Of a stretch of DNA of 64,000 bases, positions 19,692-28,591 are shown in pieces. Under the pieces are notes generated by a model. The model did not search any database. It saw only the letters and a list, made by a program, of their open reading frames with translations, and was not told where the DNA came from. Positions within the stretch are counted from its first letter, which is position 1, and each line of letters starts with the position of its first letter. The position numbers were made by a program, and so were the translations under genes. The stretch is from an uncultured Atopobium sp. Its GTDB lineage: Bacteria > Actinomycetota > Coriobacteriia > Coriobacteriales > Atopobiaceae. Location: NCBI GenBank assembly GCA_963552125.1, contig CAUVJF010000003.1:3680-67679 (forward strand). Reading direction: 5' to 3'.

Positions 19692-21236
19692 CTAATTCCT
19701 TCCGGGATGCTCTTTGAGCATTGCATCTCTTAGCTCGTATACCCGCTCCATGGCCACTTCTTCCATCTCTTTTGCCTGATCTTTACGCTTTGTAGAGGTC
19801 AGATCACTAAAAGAAACCTTCTGACCAGCACGAAGATAAACCTTTACAGGCTTAACCAGAGGAGAACCTTTTTTCTTAATATCAAGCGCACCAATAATAG
19901 CTAGTGGCTGAACATCCACCTTGGCAAGCTGAGCGATAAGCGCAAAGCCGCCATGGGTTTCTCCACGTTCAGTGTTGCTTCTGACTCTGGTGCCCTCAGG
20001 ATAAATGAGAAGCATTTCTCCTCTAGAAAGTGCCGTAGTTGCACGACGAATTGCCTTCATATCGGCAGTTCCGCGGTCTACTGGAATACCGCCCAGTCTA
20101 GAAAGTGCCCACTGAAGCGGTTTGAATTTGTTGAACTCACTCTTGTAGATGGTTCTCACGGGGATACCGTGAACAAGGAGGTGAACAACAGTAACAATGG
20201 GGTCCAAAAACGTTGGGTGGTTCATGATAAGAACGCGAGGGGTCTTATCGCCAACAAAGAGTTGGTCATTGTCCCAGCGCCATCTAAACCAGATTTTTGT
20301 AATCAGTCCAAGCACACTGACTGCCAGCCATTTAAAGAACTTGGCTGGAGCTGGAAAATCAGCAAGCGCGGTATCGTAATAATCGTCAAATGAGTTTCCG
20401 CCAAAAGGACGCAAACGCTTAGATGCCGCTGCTATAGAAGACTTTTTCTCGGAGCGTTTAGGCTCTTCCGTGTGAGACTTCCCGTCATCAGAAGAGCTGC
20501 TCTCTGATCCATTTCCCTGGTGAGAAGCCCTGTGATTGCGGATATCTCTTTTGCCGAGCCCAGGATGCAGGGCAATAATAGCTGCAATAACCTCTTCAAC
20601 AGAAAGCGCAGAAGAGTCAATGTGGTGGGCATCTTCTGCAGCACGAAGTGGTGCTGCCTTACGCTCAGAATCAGCCTTATCGCGAGCCTTGATGTCTTCG
20701 AGGATTTTCTCTTCACTCTTGACGTCTACCTGGGCATCGTTTCCGGTAGCTGCATCTCCACCCTGGCGCTGAACAGCGCGGCGGTGAGCACGAGCAGCAG
20801 GGTCTGCGGTCAGGAAAACCTTTACATCTGCCTCGGGGAATACCACGGTGCCAATGTCACGACCTTCAGCAACTACATCGCCATTCTCGCCAGCGCGACG
20901 CTGAAGCGTGACCATAGCCTCACGGACCTCAGGGATGGCTGCAACAGCACTAACGTTTCTATCTACCTCGGGAGTACGAATTTCTGTCGTAACGTTTGAG
21001 CCGTTTGCGTAAACGGTCTGACCGTTTGCGGAGTTGCCAAACGAGATGCTGATGCTGCGTGCAACCTGAATGATTTTCTCGGTATCAGTCATATCGATGC
21101 CTTGACGCAGGCATTCTACGGTTACCGAGCGATACATTGCACCCGTATCAAGAAAAATCAGATCCAGGCGATCAGAAAGGGCGCGAGCAACCGTAGACTT
21201 TCCGGAGCCTGCTGGGCCGTCAATAGCAACAATCAT
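19692..21236 (-). CDS. cmk: Cytidylate kinase fused to 1-acyl-sn-glycerol-3-phosphate acyltransferase (PlsC-like)
   Basis: N-terminal DGPAGSGKST, DTGAMYR, EGRDIGT; C-terminal NHPTFLD (HX4D) and YPEGTR; one uninterrupted 514-aa frame. Confidence 0.92.
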   Translation of the reverse strand: MIVAIDGPAGSGKSTVARALSDRLDLIFLDTGAMYRSVTVECLRQGIDMTDTEKIIQVARSISISFGNSANGQTVYANGSNVTTEIRTPEVDRNVSAVAAIPEVREAMVTLQRRAGENGDVVAEGRDIGTVVFPEADVKVFLTADPAARAHRRAVQRQGGDAATGNDAQVDVKSEEKILEDIKARDKADSERKAAPLRAAEDAHHIDSSALSVEEVIAAIIALHPGLGKRDIRNHRASHQGNGSESSSSDDGKSHTEEPKRSEKKSSIAAASKRLRPFGGNSFDDYYDTALADFPAPAKFFKWLAVSVLGLITKIWFRWRWDNDQLFVGDKTPRVLIMNHPTFLDPIVTVVHLLVHGIPVRTIYKSEFNKFKPLQWALSRLGGIPVDRGTADMKAIRRATTALSRGEMLLIYPEGTRVRSNTERGETHGGFALIAQLAKVDVQPLAIIGALDIKKKGSPLVKPVKVYLRAGQKVSFSDLTSTKRKDQAKEMEEVAMERVYELRDAMLKEHPGRN

Positions 21237-21946
21237 TACTTATCCCCCTTGGTGACACCCCAAATGTCACGAAAATCGTAAAAACTTGGCTCAGTGGAAC
21301 GACGAATAACCTCTTCTGGATCAAGGTTAAATCCACCAAGCTTAAAATCAGAACTGCCTGTATTAGTAAAGAAGATTGAAGAGACATTTGCAAGATGTAC
21401 ATTCCAGCTTGAACTACCTGGGATGCCAAAAATCTCTGCCATCATAGAGCGCAGATAACCACCATGAGAAATACAAACGGTACGTCCAGAAAGACTGGAA
21501 AGCTCGTTAAGAATAGTGCGACATCTGCTTCTTACCTGCTCGTATGACTCTGCTTCTGGAGCTGGTATGGAGTGGCCGTTTTTGTCTGAGGCCCAGGGAA
21601 ACGTGAGGCCGTACGGCTTTAAAATCTCTTCTGCATCAGCAAAACGCTTGCTCTCCAGAATGCCAAAATCCATCTCTGCAAGATCGTCTTTTACCTCGCA
21701 GGAAATACCAAGCTCGGCTGCGGCCATCTGGGCCATGTCTTTGCAGCGAGATAAAGGAGAGGTCCAAATTATATCTGGATGAAATGCAACAAGTGCACGG
21801 ACAGCGTGCTCTCGCTGTTCAACGCCATGCTCGGTAAGTTCAACGTCTCTTCTGCCACTGAAAAAGCGCTGTGTATTAGCCACACTCTCTGGGTGGCGCA
21901 TAAACAAAATGCGATGAACCTGAGCTGGAACTTCAAATGGCTGCAT
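21236..21946 (-). CDS. Histidine phosphatase family protein
   Basis: RHPES (RHG variant), SPLSRC, EMDFG, SHGG. Confidence 0.88.
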   Translation of the reverse strand: MQPFEVPAQVHRILFMRHPESVANTQRFFSGRRDVELTEHGVEQREHAVRALVAFHPDIIWTSPLSRCKDMAQMAAAELGISCEVKDDLAEMDFGILESKRFADAEEILKPYGLTFPWASDKNGHSIPAPEAESYEQVRSRCRTILNELSSLSGRTVCISHGGYLRSMMAEIFGIPGSSSWNVHLANVSSIFFTNTGSSDFKLGGFNLDPEEVIRRSTEPSFYDFRDIWGVTKGDK

Positions 21947-22010
21947 TATGTCTCCTCTCTGGGCGTGTTTGAGCTGTTTGATGTGTGCTTAGAAATCGTG
22001 CGACTAGTAA

Positions 22011-22850
22011 TTACTTGATGGCATGTAAAGGCATGATGGGAGAAGCACCAGGCTCTCTACCAATAGTGCGCTCCAGAGCGGCAACTTCCTCTTCTGTAAG
22101 AAGCCTCCACTCGCCTTCTTTAACGCCTGTAAGATGGAGCGGCCCAAACGTGTCTCTGTGGAGTGCGAGAACTCTATGATGAATAGCCTGAAGCATCTTT
22201 TTGACCTGGTGCTTTCTGCCTTCTCTAATAGTTACGCTGACCAGGGAGTTTGGCTCTCCTCCACCGGTTTTTCCTAAACCCTGTGGGGCGAGAAGTGCCT
22301 TCATTTTGGCATCGTTGGATACAATCTCAACCTCAGCAGGAGCTGCAGGGCCGTCTTCAAGCTCAATACCTTCGCGCAAACGATTTAGCTGCTCTTCTGT
22401 AGGTGTACCTACTACATGAGCAACATAGTGCTTCCAAACATGCTTTGAAGGATGCAGAAGCTCTTGTGCCATCTGACCGTCGGTGGTGAAGAACAGAAGA
22501 CCTGTGGTGTCCATATCAAGACGTCCAACAGGAAAAAGACCAGGGTATTTGTCAGTGGGGACCATGTCCACAATGGTTGGCCTACCCTGAGGATCTTTCA
22601 TAGTAGTTAAGTAACCTGCAGGTTTGTTGAGCATCAAGTAGACGGGTTTCTCGGCAATTGAGCAGACAATACCGTCAACTGCAACAACATCTACCAGCGG
22701 ATCAACCTTGCTGCCAAGCTCGGTGACTACCTGGCCGTTTACCGTGACGCGACCAGAGGTCATCAGGCGCTCAGAGCCACGGCGACTAGCCACTCCCGCG
22801 CGCGCCAAAAAGCGCTGCAGGCGCATGGGAACAATACGCTCTTCTTCCAC
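22011..22850 (-). CDS. rluB: rRNA pseudouridine synthase (RluB/RsuA family)
   Basis: S4 domain RLQRFLARAGVASRR, GRLDMDTTGLL; downstream of scpB. Confidence 0.9.
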   Translation of the reverse strand: MEEERIVPMRLQRFLARAGVASRRGSERLMTSGRVTVNGQVVTELGSKVDPLVDVVAVDGIVCSIAEKPVYLMLNKPAGYLTTMKDPQGRPTIVDMVPTDKYPGLFPVGRLDMDTTGLLFFTTDGQMAQELLHPSKHVWKHYVAHVVGTPTEEQLNRLREGIELEDGPAAPAEVEIVSNDAKMKALLAPQGLGKTGGGEPNSLVSVTIREGRKHQVKKMLQAIHHRVLALHRDTFGPLHLTGVKEGEWRLLTEEEVAALERTIGREPGASPIMPLHAIK

Positions 22851-22853
22851 GGC

Positions 22854-23528
22854 CTATGCATCCTCTTGCGTATCGTAGCTGTCTCCCAAAAGAGAACGCT
22901 CATCGTCAATGTCTTCTGCGGCTTCTTCAAGCGTTGAAGTGAAGCTTCTGCCAGAGAGTCTCTCGCGAATAAACTGCTTGGACTCCTCATCAGGGGCAAA
23001 GTCTTCCAGCGGAGGCAACTCTCGCAAAGACTTGAGGCCAAAGCGCTCTAAGAAAAGGGCTGTTGTGCCATAGAGAATGGCTTGTCCCCTATCTGCCTCT
23101 TTGCCCACTTCACGCACAAGGTTTTTCTCGCGAAGTGAAGAGATAACACCATCAGAGTTAACGCCACGGATAGCGCGAACGCCCTCACGGGTTACCGGCT
23201 GGTGATAAGCAATAACCGCCAGCGTTTCAAGCGCTGCCTGAGAAAGGCGACGCGTGTCCCAGGAGAGCATAAAATCGCTGACCAGCTGATGGTGAGCTGG
23301 ATGCGTAAAGAGACGCCAACCGCCGGCTACCTCCCTGAGCTGAAATCCCCTGTTGCAGCGCGTGTACTCCTCTGCAAGCTCTTTGAGCGCTTGGGCAACC
23401 TCGGCAGGAGCTGCATTGGTGACTTTAGAAAAGTCGGCCGTGGTGATTGCATCTGTTGCAACCAAAAGCAGTGATTCTAGTGCGCCTTTGAGCGACTCGG
23501 AATCTAAATAGGTAAGCTCTTCTGCCAT
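22854..23528 (-). CDS. scpB: SMC-Scp complex subunit ScpB
   Basis: LSQAALETLAVIAYHQPVTR, IRGVNS, YGTT..FL. Confidence 0.96.
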   Translation of the reverse strand: MAEELTYLDSESLKGALESLLLVATDAITTADFSKVTNAAPAEVAQALKELAEEYTRCNRGFQLREVAGGWRLFTHPAHHQLVSDFMLSWDTRRLSQAALETLAVIAYHQPVTREGVRAIRGVNSDGVISSLREKNLVREVGKEADRGQAILYGTTALFLERFGLKSLRELPPLEDFAPDEESKQFIRERLSGRSFTSTLEEAAEDIDDERSLLGDSYDTQEDA

Positions 23529-23531
23529 AAG

Positions 23532-24461
23532 TTATTCCGCCTCTTTCTGTGTTTCATCGGGCGTTTGAGTTAACGATAATAGTGTCTGCTGGACATCATC
23601 GAGTGCGTTTTGAGACAAGTTAAATCCTTCAAGGTCTGGCTCATCACCAGAAAGTTCTTCTAGTTCCAAAAGAACCGACTCATCAAGCTGGTATGAATCT
23701 GCGCCCTCTATGTGCTCAATCTCAATCTCGCCAAAGATGACATCCTGCTGAACACGAACAAGACCGCGCTTAAATAGCTCCAGCACTGCCAAAAAGTTTG
23801 CAACCACAATTTCTGGCGTATCTTGACCGTCTAAGAGCTCAGAGAACGTCACCTTGCCCTTAGAGCGCGTGAGTCGGTCCACAGAAGCTACCGTCAGAGC
23901 TACTGGGAGCCTTTTTGGGGCTACATGTTCTGCTTCAAGCAAGAATGTCTCACGTTTTGAGTCAATGTCCGCACAGATGACAGCAAGGCTTCTGAGGGTA
24001 ATTCCCTCAAGATAGTCTGGCATAAGGTTCAAGAAATCAGGATCTGGGCCCACTGAACGCGGAAACATGTATGATTCCGCCTCCATGCGGCTACCAAGCG
24101 CAGCACCCGCGTTTCTAAATTGCTTATAGGCAATAAGGCGAGCAATAAGAACTTCTCGCGCCTCATCAGGAGAAAGGCCGTCAAGCTCGTCATCGTACTC
24201 ATCTTCATCATATGAGCTTTTGAGCGAAACATCTTGAGGCACCAGGGCATGAGCCTTCATGTCCAGAAGCGTTGACGCAACAAGTACAAAGTCACTAGCA
24301 ACGTCCAGATCAAGCTCCTCCATGGCGTCAACTTCTGCCAGGTACTGATCAGCAACCTCAGAGATAGAAATGGATCCAATGGCCACCTTTTGTCTACTCA
24401 CCAACTGAAGTAGCAGGTCAAATGGGCCCGAATATGTTGCAGTGTTTACTTTGTACGACAT
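23532..24461 (-). CDS. scpA: Segregation/condensation protein ScpA
   Basis: YSGPFDLLLQL, FLAVLEL; adjacent to scpB. Confidence 0.95.
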   Translation of the reverse strand: MSYKVNTATYSGPFDLLLQLVSRQKVAIGSISISEVADQYLAEVDAMEELDLDVASDFVLVASTLLDMKAHALVPQDVSLKSSYDEDEYDDELDGLSPDEAREVLIARLIAYKQFRNAGAALGSRMEAESYMFPRSVGPDPDFLNLMPDYLEGITLRSLAVICADIDSKRETFLLEAEHVAPKRLPVALTVASVDRLTRSKGKVTFSELLDGQDTPEIVVANFLAVLELFKRGLVRVQQDVIFGEIEIEHIEGADSYQLDESVLLELEELSGDEPDLEGFNLSQNALDDVQQTLLSLTQTPDETQKEAE

Positions 24462-25141
24462 TAGATGATTCTCGCAAGCAGACTCAAAATGACGTTAGAA
24501 ATGCCCCCGATAATGGACGAGAAAAAGCCAGGCGCAAAGAACATGAGTCCCACCACAGCAATCAAGCAATAGGGCTCGATGGCATAGAACTTTTGACGGT
24601 TTTTCTCGCCAAGAAAATAGAGCAGCAGCTTAGAGCCGTCCAAAGGCGGAATAGGCAGCATGTTAAAGACAGCCAGGCTTACGTTGATCTGGATGTAGAA
24701 AATGACCAGTGAAGAAACGTAGTACAGTACCAGCGGATTTAAGGCCGTGCCAAAAGCAATGCTTACCGCGTTGAGCAAACGCAGCAAGAGTGCGCCGAGA
24801 AATGCCTGCAAAATGTTGGAAGTAGGACCTGCAAGCGCCACCAGAATCTCGTCACGATGACGATCTTTGAGGTAGTTGGGGTTATAAGGAACGGGCTTTG
24901 CGTATCCAAAGCTAGGTCCGCCCATCAATACCAACATAAGCGGTAGAAGAACCGTACCAAACAAATCAATATGTGCCAGCGGATTGAGTGTCAAACGACC
25001 AGACATTTTTGCTGTAGGATCGCCGCACTTATAGGCCACAAAGCCATGGGCAACCTCGTGAATCACGATGGCAAAAATTACCAGTGCAAATTCAGCAAGC
25101 GTTGTCAAAAGCGATGGAACTGATGTTAAAGCAGTTGGCAC
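24461..25141 (-). CDS. Site-2 protease family (M50) metalloprotease
   Basis: HEVAH, RLTLNPL, AGP.SN, FNMLPIPPLDG. Likely start GTG 25141 behind AAGGA. Confidence 0.9.
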   Translation of the reverse strand: MPTALTSVPSLLTTLAEFALVIFAIVIHEVAHGFVAYKCGDPTAKMSGRLTLNPLAHIDLFGTVLLPLMLVLMGGPSFGYAKPVPYNPNYLKDRHRDEILVALAGPTSNILQAFLGALLLRLLNAVSIAFGTALNPLVLYYVSSLVIFYIQINVSLAVFNMLPIPPLDGSKLLLYFLGEKNRQKFYAIEPYCLIAVVGLMFFAPGFFSSIIGGISNVILSLLARII

Positions 25142-25171
25142 AACAATCCTTATCTCAACATCTGCAAAAAT

Positions 25172-25272
25172 ACTACAGACGGACACGTACAGACGTAAGC
25201 CTCAAGTACAAGGCGTTTGATACAAAACAGGTGGTCCACGACATTAGGTACAAGACAGTAGGTACAAGACAA
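25172..25272. repeat. Degenerate 14-bp tandem array (consensus tAGGTACAAGACAg)
   Basis: Units start at 25203, 25217, 25231, 25245 and 25259 (last two 13/14 identical). TACAGACG also occurs twice, 14 bp apart (25174, 25188). Confidence 0.75.
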
Positions 25273-25297
25273 TTTTACCCAAGATTGGCAAAACTAC

Positions 25298-27316
25298 CTA
25301 CTCATCAATGTCTGCTTCCATTTTTTCTGAAAGCTCCAACCATTCAGCCTCAAGCGCAGGAATCTTCTTAGAAAGTGCCTGGTATTCCGCCATGCACTCA
25401 TCAAATTTTTGCGGATCGTTATAAAGCGCCTCGTCAGCCATAAGCGTCATGAGCTCATCGTAACGCTTATGAGCAGGAGTCAGCGCTGCCTCAACCTCGT
25501 CCAGACGTTTCTTGGTCTCTCTAAGCGCACGACTTCTACGATTGCGCTCCTCTGCCTCAGCTCTCCTCTGCTCCTTAGTCTTCACATTGCGAGAAGCTCC
25601 TGCAGCTTGACCTACCTCTGGACCAGAATTCTTAACCGCTCTTGCACCCGAAGTTCCATACGAGGACACCGTCTTGCTCGACGTCTCCCCCTGAGCTGCT
25701 GCTTGAAGCTCAGCAAGTTTAAAGAGGAAATAATCGTAGTTACCGTCATAGACGGTAACCTTGTGGTCGCGAACGTCCACAACCTTGTTAGCTACGGCTC
25801 TGACCAGGTGCTCATCGTGACTAATCAAGATGATGGTTCCGGGGAAGTCAACAAGCGCCTTCTCTAGAACGTCAACAGAATCAATGTCTAAGTGGTTAGT
25901 TGGCTCGTCTAGAAGCAACAGTGGATCTGGAGAAACCAGCATCTTAGCAAGTGCGAGACGGGCACGCTCGCCACCAGAAAGTACATTTACGCGTTTCTCA
26001 ACGTCATCGCCGTGGAACAGGAAGGCTCCGAGCAATCTGCGCTCTTCAGAAGTAGTCCAGCCAGCAGCAACGGTATCAAGCTCGGCAAGTACCGTATTTG
26101 CAGGATTGAGTTCTTCAAGCTGGTGCTGTGCATAGTAAGCTTCAGTGACGTTTTGGCCCAGGCTAATCTGTCCCGCATCTGGCTTAAGTTTGCCAGCAAT
26201 AAGCTTCATAAGAGTAGATTTACCAGCGCCGTTAGGGCCAACAAGCGCTACGTGATCTCCGCGATACAGCTTAAGGTCAACGTTGTCGTAGACAAAGTTA
26301 TCCTCGTAAGATTTGGCCACACCCTCAAGAGAAATAACGGTGTCTCCGGTACGAGGAGGTTCTGGGAACCTAAAATGCATGTGATGAGATTGCTCTGGAA
26401 GAACTACCAGTTCTTCACGGATCTTCTCGACCTTTGCCACGCGCTCTTGAACCTGTTTGGCCTTAGTGGGCTTATATCTAAATCGTTCAATGAAGGCCTC
26501 CATGTGAGCAATGTCGCGCTCTTGAGCAGCTCGTTTAGCGCGGAGCTGCTCAAGATTTTCTTCTCGCTGATGAAGATAGCCAGAATAGTTTCCGGTATAC
26601 GTGACAAGCATACGATTCTCAAGAGCTGCAACGTGAGTCACGCAAGCATCCATAAATGAACGGTCGTGGCTTACCAGCAAAACCGTTCCGTCATATGACG
26701 ATAAGAACCTCTCAAGCCACTGAACAGATTCCAAGTCCAGATGGTTAGTAGGCTCGTCCAGAAGAAGAACATCAGGACGACGCAGAAGCAACTTTGACAA
26801 AGAGATACGCATCTGCCAGCCGCCCGAGAACTCTTTAGCAGGTTTGTCAAAATCTTCTACGGGGAAGCCAAGACCTGCAAGAATCTGACGCGCTCTACTT
26901 TCAAGCTCATAGCCACCAAGGCGCTCAAAGCGCTCCATGGCATGAGCGTAATCTTCCAGGTATTTATTAAGCGTGGCACCTTCAGGAGTTTCAGCAATCT
27001 TGAGTGAGAGATCATTTACCTTTCTCTCCCACTGTTTAATCTCATGAGCAGACTCGATAACCTCATTGAGGGCGGTTCTGTCCCCCATGAGTTCTGTCTC
27101 TTGCTCAAGGTATCCAAGCGTAGCGTCTTTTGCAAAGGTAACGGTTCCCTCATCAGCAGACTCCAGACCCATGATGATCTTTAGAAGCGTTGTCTTACCA
27201 GCACCATTAGGGCCAACTAAAGCCCAACGCTCTCCTGCATTGAGCTGAAGTGTTGCATTTGAATAAAGGACTCTACCGCCAAATGACTTAGAAATCTTAT
27301 CCGCAAGAGCAATCAA
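25298..27316 (-). CDS. ABC-F family ATPase
   Basis: Two NBDs (GPNGAGKTT/FSGGW; GPNGAGKST/LSGGE), DEPTNHLD twice, C-terminal coiled coil; TTG start behind GAGGAG. Confidence 0.93.
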   Translation of the reverse strand: MIALADKISKSFGGRVLYSNATLQLNAGERWALVGPNGAGKTTLLKIIMGLESADEGTVTFAKDATLGYLEQETELMGDRTALNEVIESAHEIKQWERKVNDLSLKIAETPEGATLNKYLEDYAHAMERFERLGGYELESRARQILAGLGFPVEDFDKPAKEFSGGWQMRISLSKLLLRRPDVLLLDEPTNHLDLESVQWLERFLSSYDGTVLLVSHDRSFMDACVTHVAALENRMLVTYTGNYSGYLHQREENLEQLRAKRAAQERDIAHMEAFIERFRYKPTKAKQVQERVAKVEKIREELVVLPEQSHHMHFRFPEPPRTGDTVISLEGVAKSYEDNFVYDNVDLKLYRGDHVALVGPNGAGKSTLMKLIAGKLKPDAGQISLGQNVTEAYYAQHQLEELNPANTVLAELDTVAAGWTTSEERRLLGAFLFHGDDVEKRVNVLSGGERARLALAKMLVSPDPLLLLDEPTNHLDIDSVDVLEKALVDFPGTIILISHDEHLVRAVANKVVDVRDHKVTVYDGNYDYFLFKLAELQAAAQGETSSKTVSSYGTSGARAVKNSGPEVGQAAGASRNVKTKEQRRAEAEERNRRSRALRETKKRLDEVEAALTPAHKRYDELMTLMADEALYNDPQKFDECMAEYQALSKKIPALEAEWLELSEKMEADIDE

Positions 27317-27369
27317 GTGAACTCCTCATACATATCTGAACTGGATAAGTATAAGTCATTCACTTGATT
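27311..27369. repeat. Inverted-repeat element, copy 1 (AATCAAGTGAA...TTCACTTGATT)
   Basis: 11-bp perfect arms; first 23 bp match 28489-28511 at 22/23. Confidence 0.8.
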
Positions 27370-27410
27370 TACGTGGTGAATTATGTAAATGAAACCAGGC
27401 TTATGAAGAT

Positions 27411-28337
27411 TTATTGACGCTTCTTATGAAGGAAAAGAGCAGCACCAGCAACAACAACAGTTGCGCCAGCAACGCCAATAATCAAAGGAAGTGTAAGAGC
27501 GTTATCACCAGTATCTGGAAGAACGGACTTCTTAACCTTCTTAGCCTTTGGAGTCTCTGGCTGTGGTTCTGGTGCTGGAGTTGGCTCAGGCTGAGGCTCT
27601 GGTGTTGGAGTAGGCTCAGGCTGTGGTTCTGGAACTGTAGGATCAACAAAGGTTACTGTTGCAGTGGTCGCTGTACCAGTAATCTGACCAACACGAACCG
27701 TGGTGTCAATCTGATAGCCATCAATAGTGGTGAGCTGAGTAATGGTAGTGGAAGTGTCACCAATAAGTTTAGGAATCACAACAGTACCATCTGCTCCAGT
27801 TGTAAGAGAGTAGCTACCGTCAGCCTCCATGGTGAGAATACCAGTCTGAGTAAATGGAGGCGTTGGAACAGCAGGACGTACACTATTTGCAGCAGTTGCC
27901 TTAAGAGTTGCACCAGCAATAGGATTTCCGTCTGTGCCAACAACCTTAACAATGATGTTAGCGAGAGGCTGGTTCTTCATTTCAGCAACTTCCAAATCAC
28001 CTAAATCCGATGAAGCGATACTAAAAACGTAAGAAACAGAGTTGACTTGAGGGACATAACCCTCTTTATAAGTGGTTTGTTCAACTCTATAAGCACCGTC
28101 AGGAAGAGGAATATGGGGACTAAAGTAACCATCAGCGTCTGTTTCTCCCTCGGCCACAATAGTAGAACCACCTTGATAAATTACAATATGTACGCCCTCA
28201 ATTGGCTCATCGGTGTATTTATCAACAGCATGAGCACTAATCTCATTAGATGCAAGTGCAATTCTTGGAGTAAAAACTGACACAACAAGCGTTAGCGCAA
28301 CAAAAATAGCAAGGACAATGTTTTTATATCGTTTCAA
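27411..28337 (-). CDS. LPXTG-anchored surface protein with SpaA/Cna-B-like domains
   Basis: Signal peptide ending ..ALA, GNPIAGATL Ig-like segment, PE/PQ stalk, LPDTG + hydrophobic helix + KKRQ. Confidence 0.9.
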   Translation of the reverse strand: MKRYKNIVLAIFVALTLVVSVFTPRIALASNEISAHAVDKYTDEPIEGVHIVIYQGGSTIVAEGETDADGYFSPHIPLPDGAYRVEQTTYKEGYVPQVNSVSYVFSIASSDLGDLEVAEMKNQPLANIIVKVVGTDGNPIAGATLKATAANSVRPAVPTPPFTQTGILTMEADGSYSLTTGADGTVVIPKLIGDTSTTITQLTTIDGYQIDTTVRVGQITGTATTATVTFVDPTVPEPQPEPTPTPEPQPEPTPAPEPQPETPKAKKVKKSVLPDTGDNALTLPLIIGVAGATVVVAGAALFLHKKRQ

Positions 28338-28488
28338 TTCAATTCCTTAAAACCGAACCGTACTAGTAAATACTTCTATCTATAGTAAGGGAATTAGACA
28401 TTAAATTAAAGATAATATCCAAGACTAAACACAATTATTTCAAATTTTTTACTGAAGAAACTGCGGAATTTTCTGACCGCATTATAAA

Positions 28489-28547
28489 AATCAAGTGAAC
28501 TCCCCATACATTTTCAAATTACTAAATGCACAGGTTGTTCACTTGAT
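28489..28547. repeat. Inverted-repeat element, copy 2 (ATCAAGTGAAC...GTTCACTTGAT)
   Basis: Direct repeat of 27311-27369, 1178 bp away. Confidence 0.8.
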
Positions 28548-28591
28548 AGACATAAGCAAATTTTGAAACAGATTCAATAAATCCTATTGTC

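Noticed and set aside
25172..25272. Mini-CRISPR interpretation of the 14-bp array
   Set aside because: Units are contiguous with no spacers, too short, and there are no cas genes.
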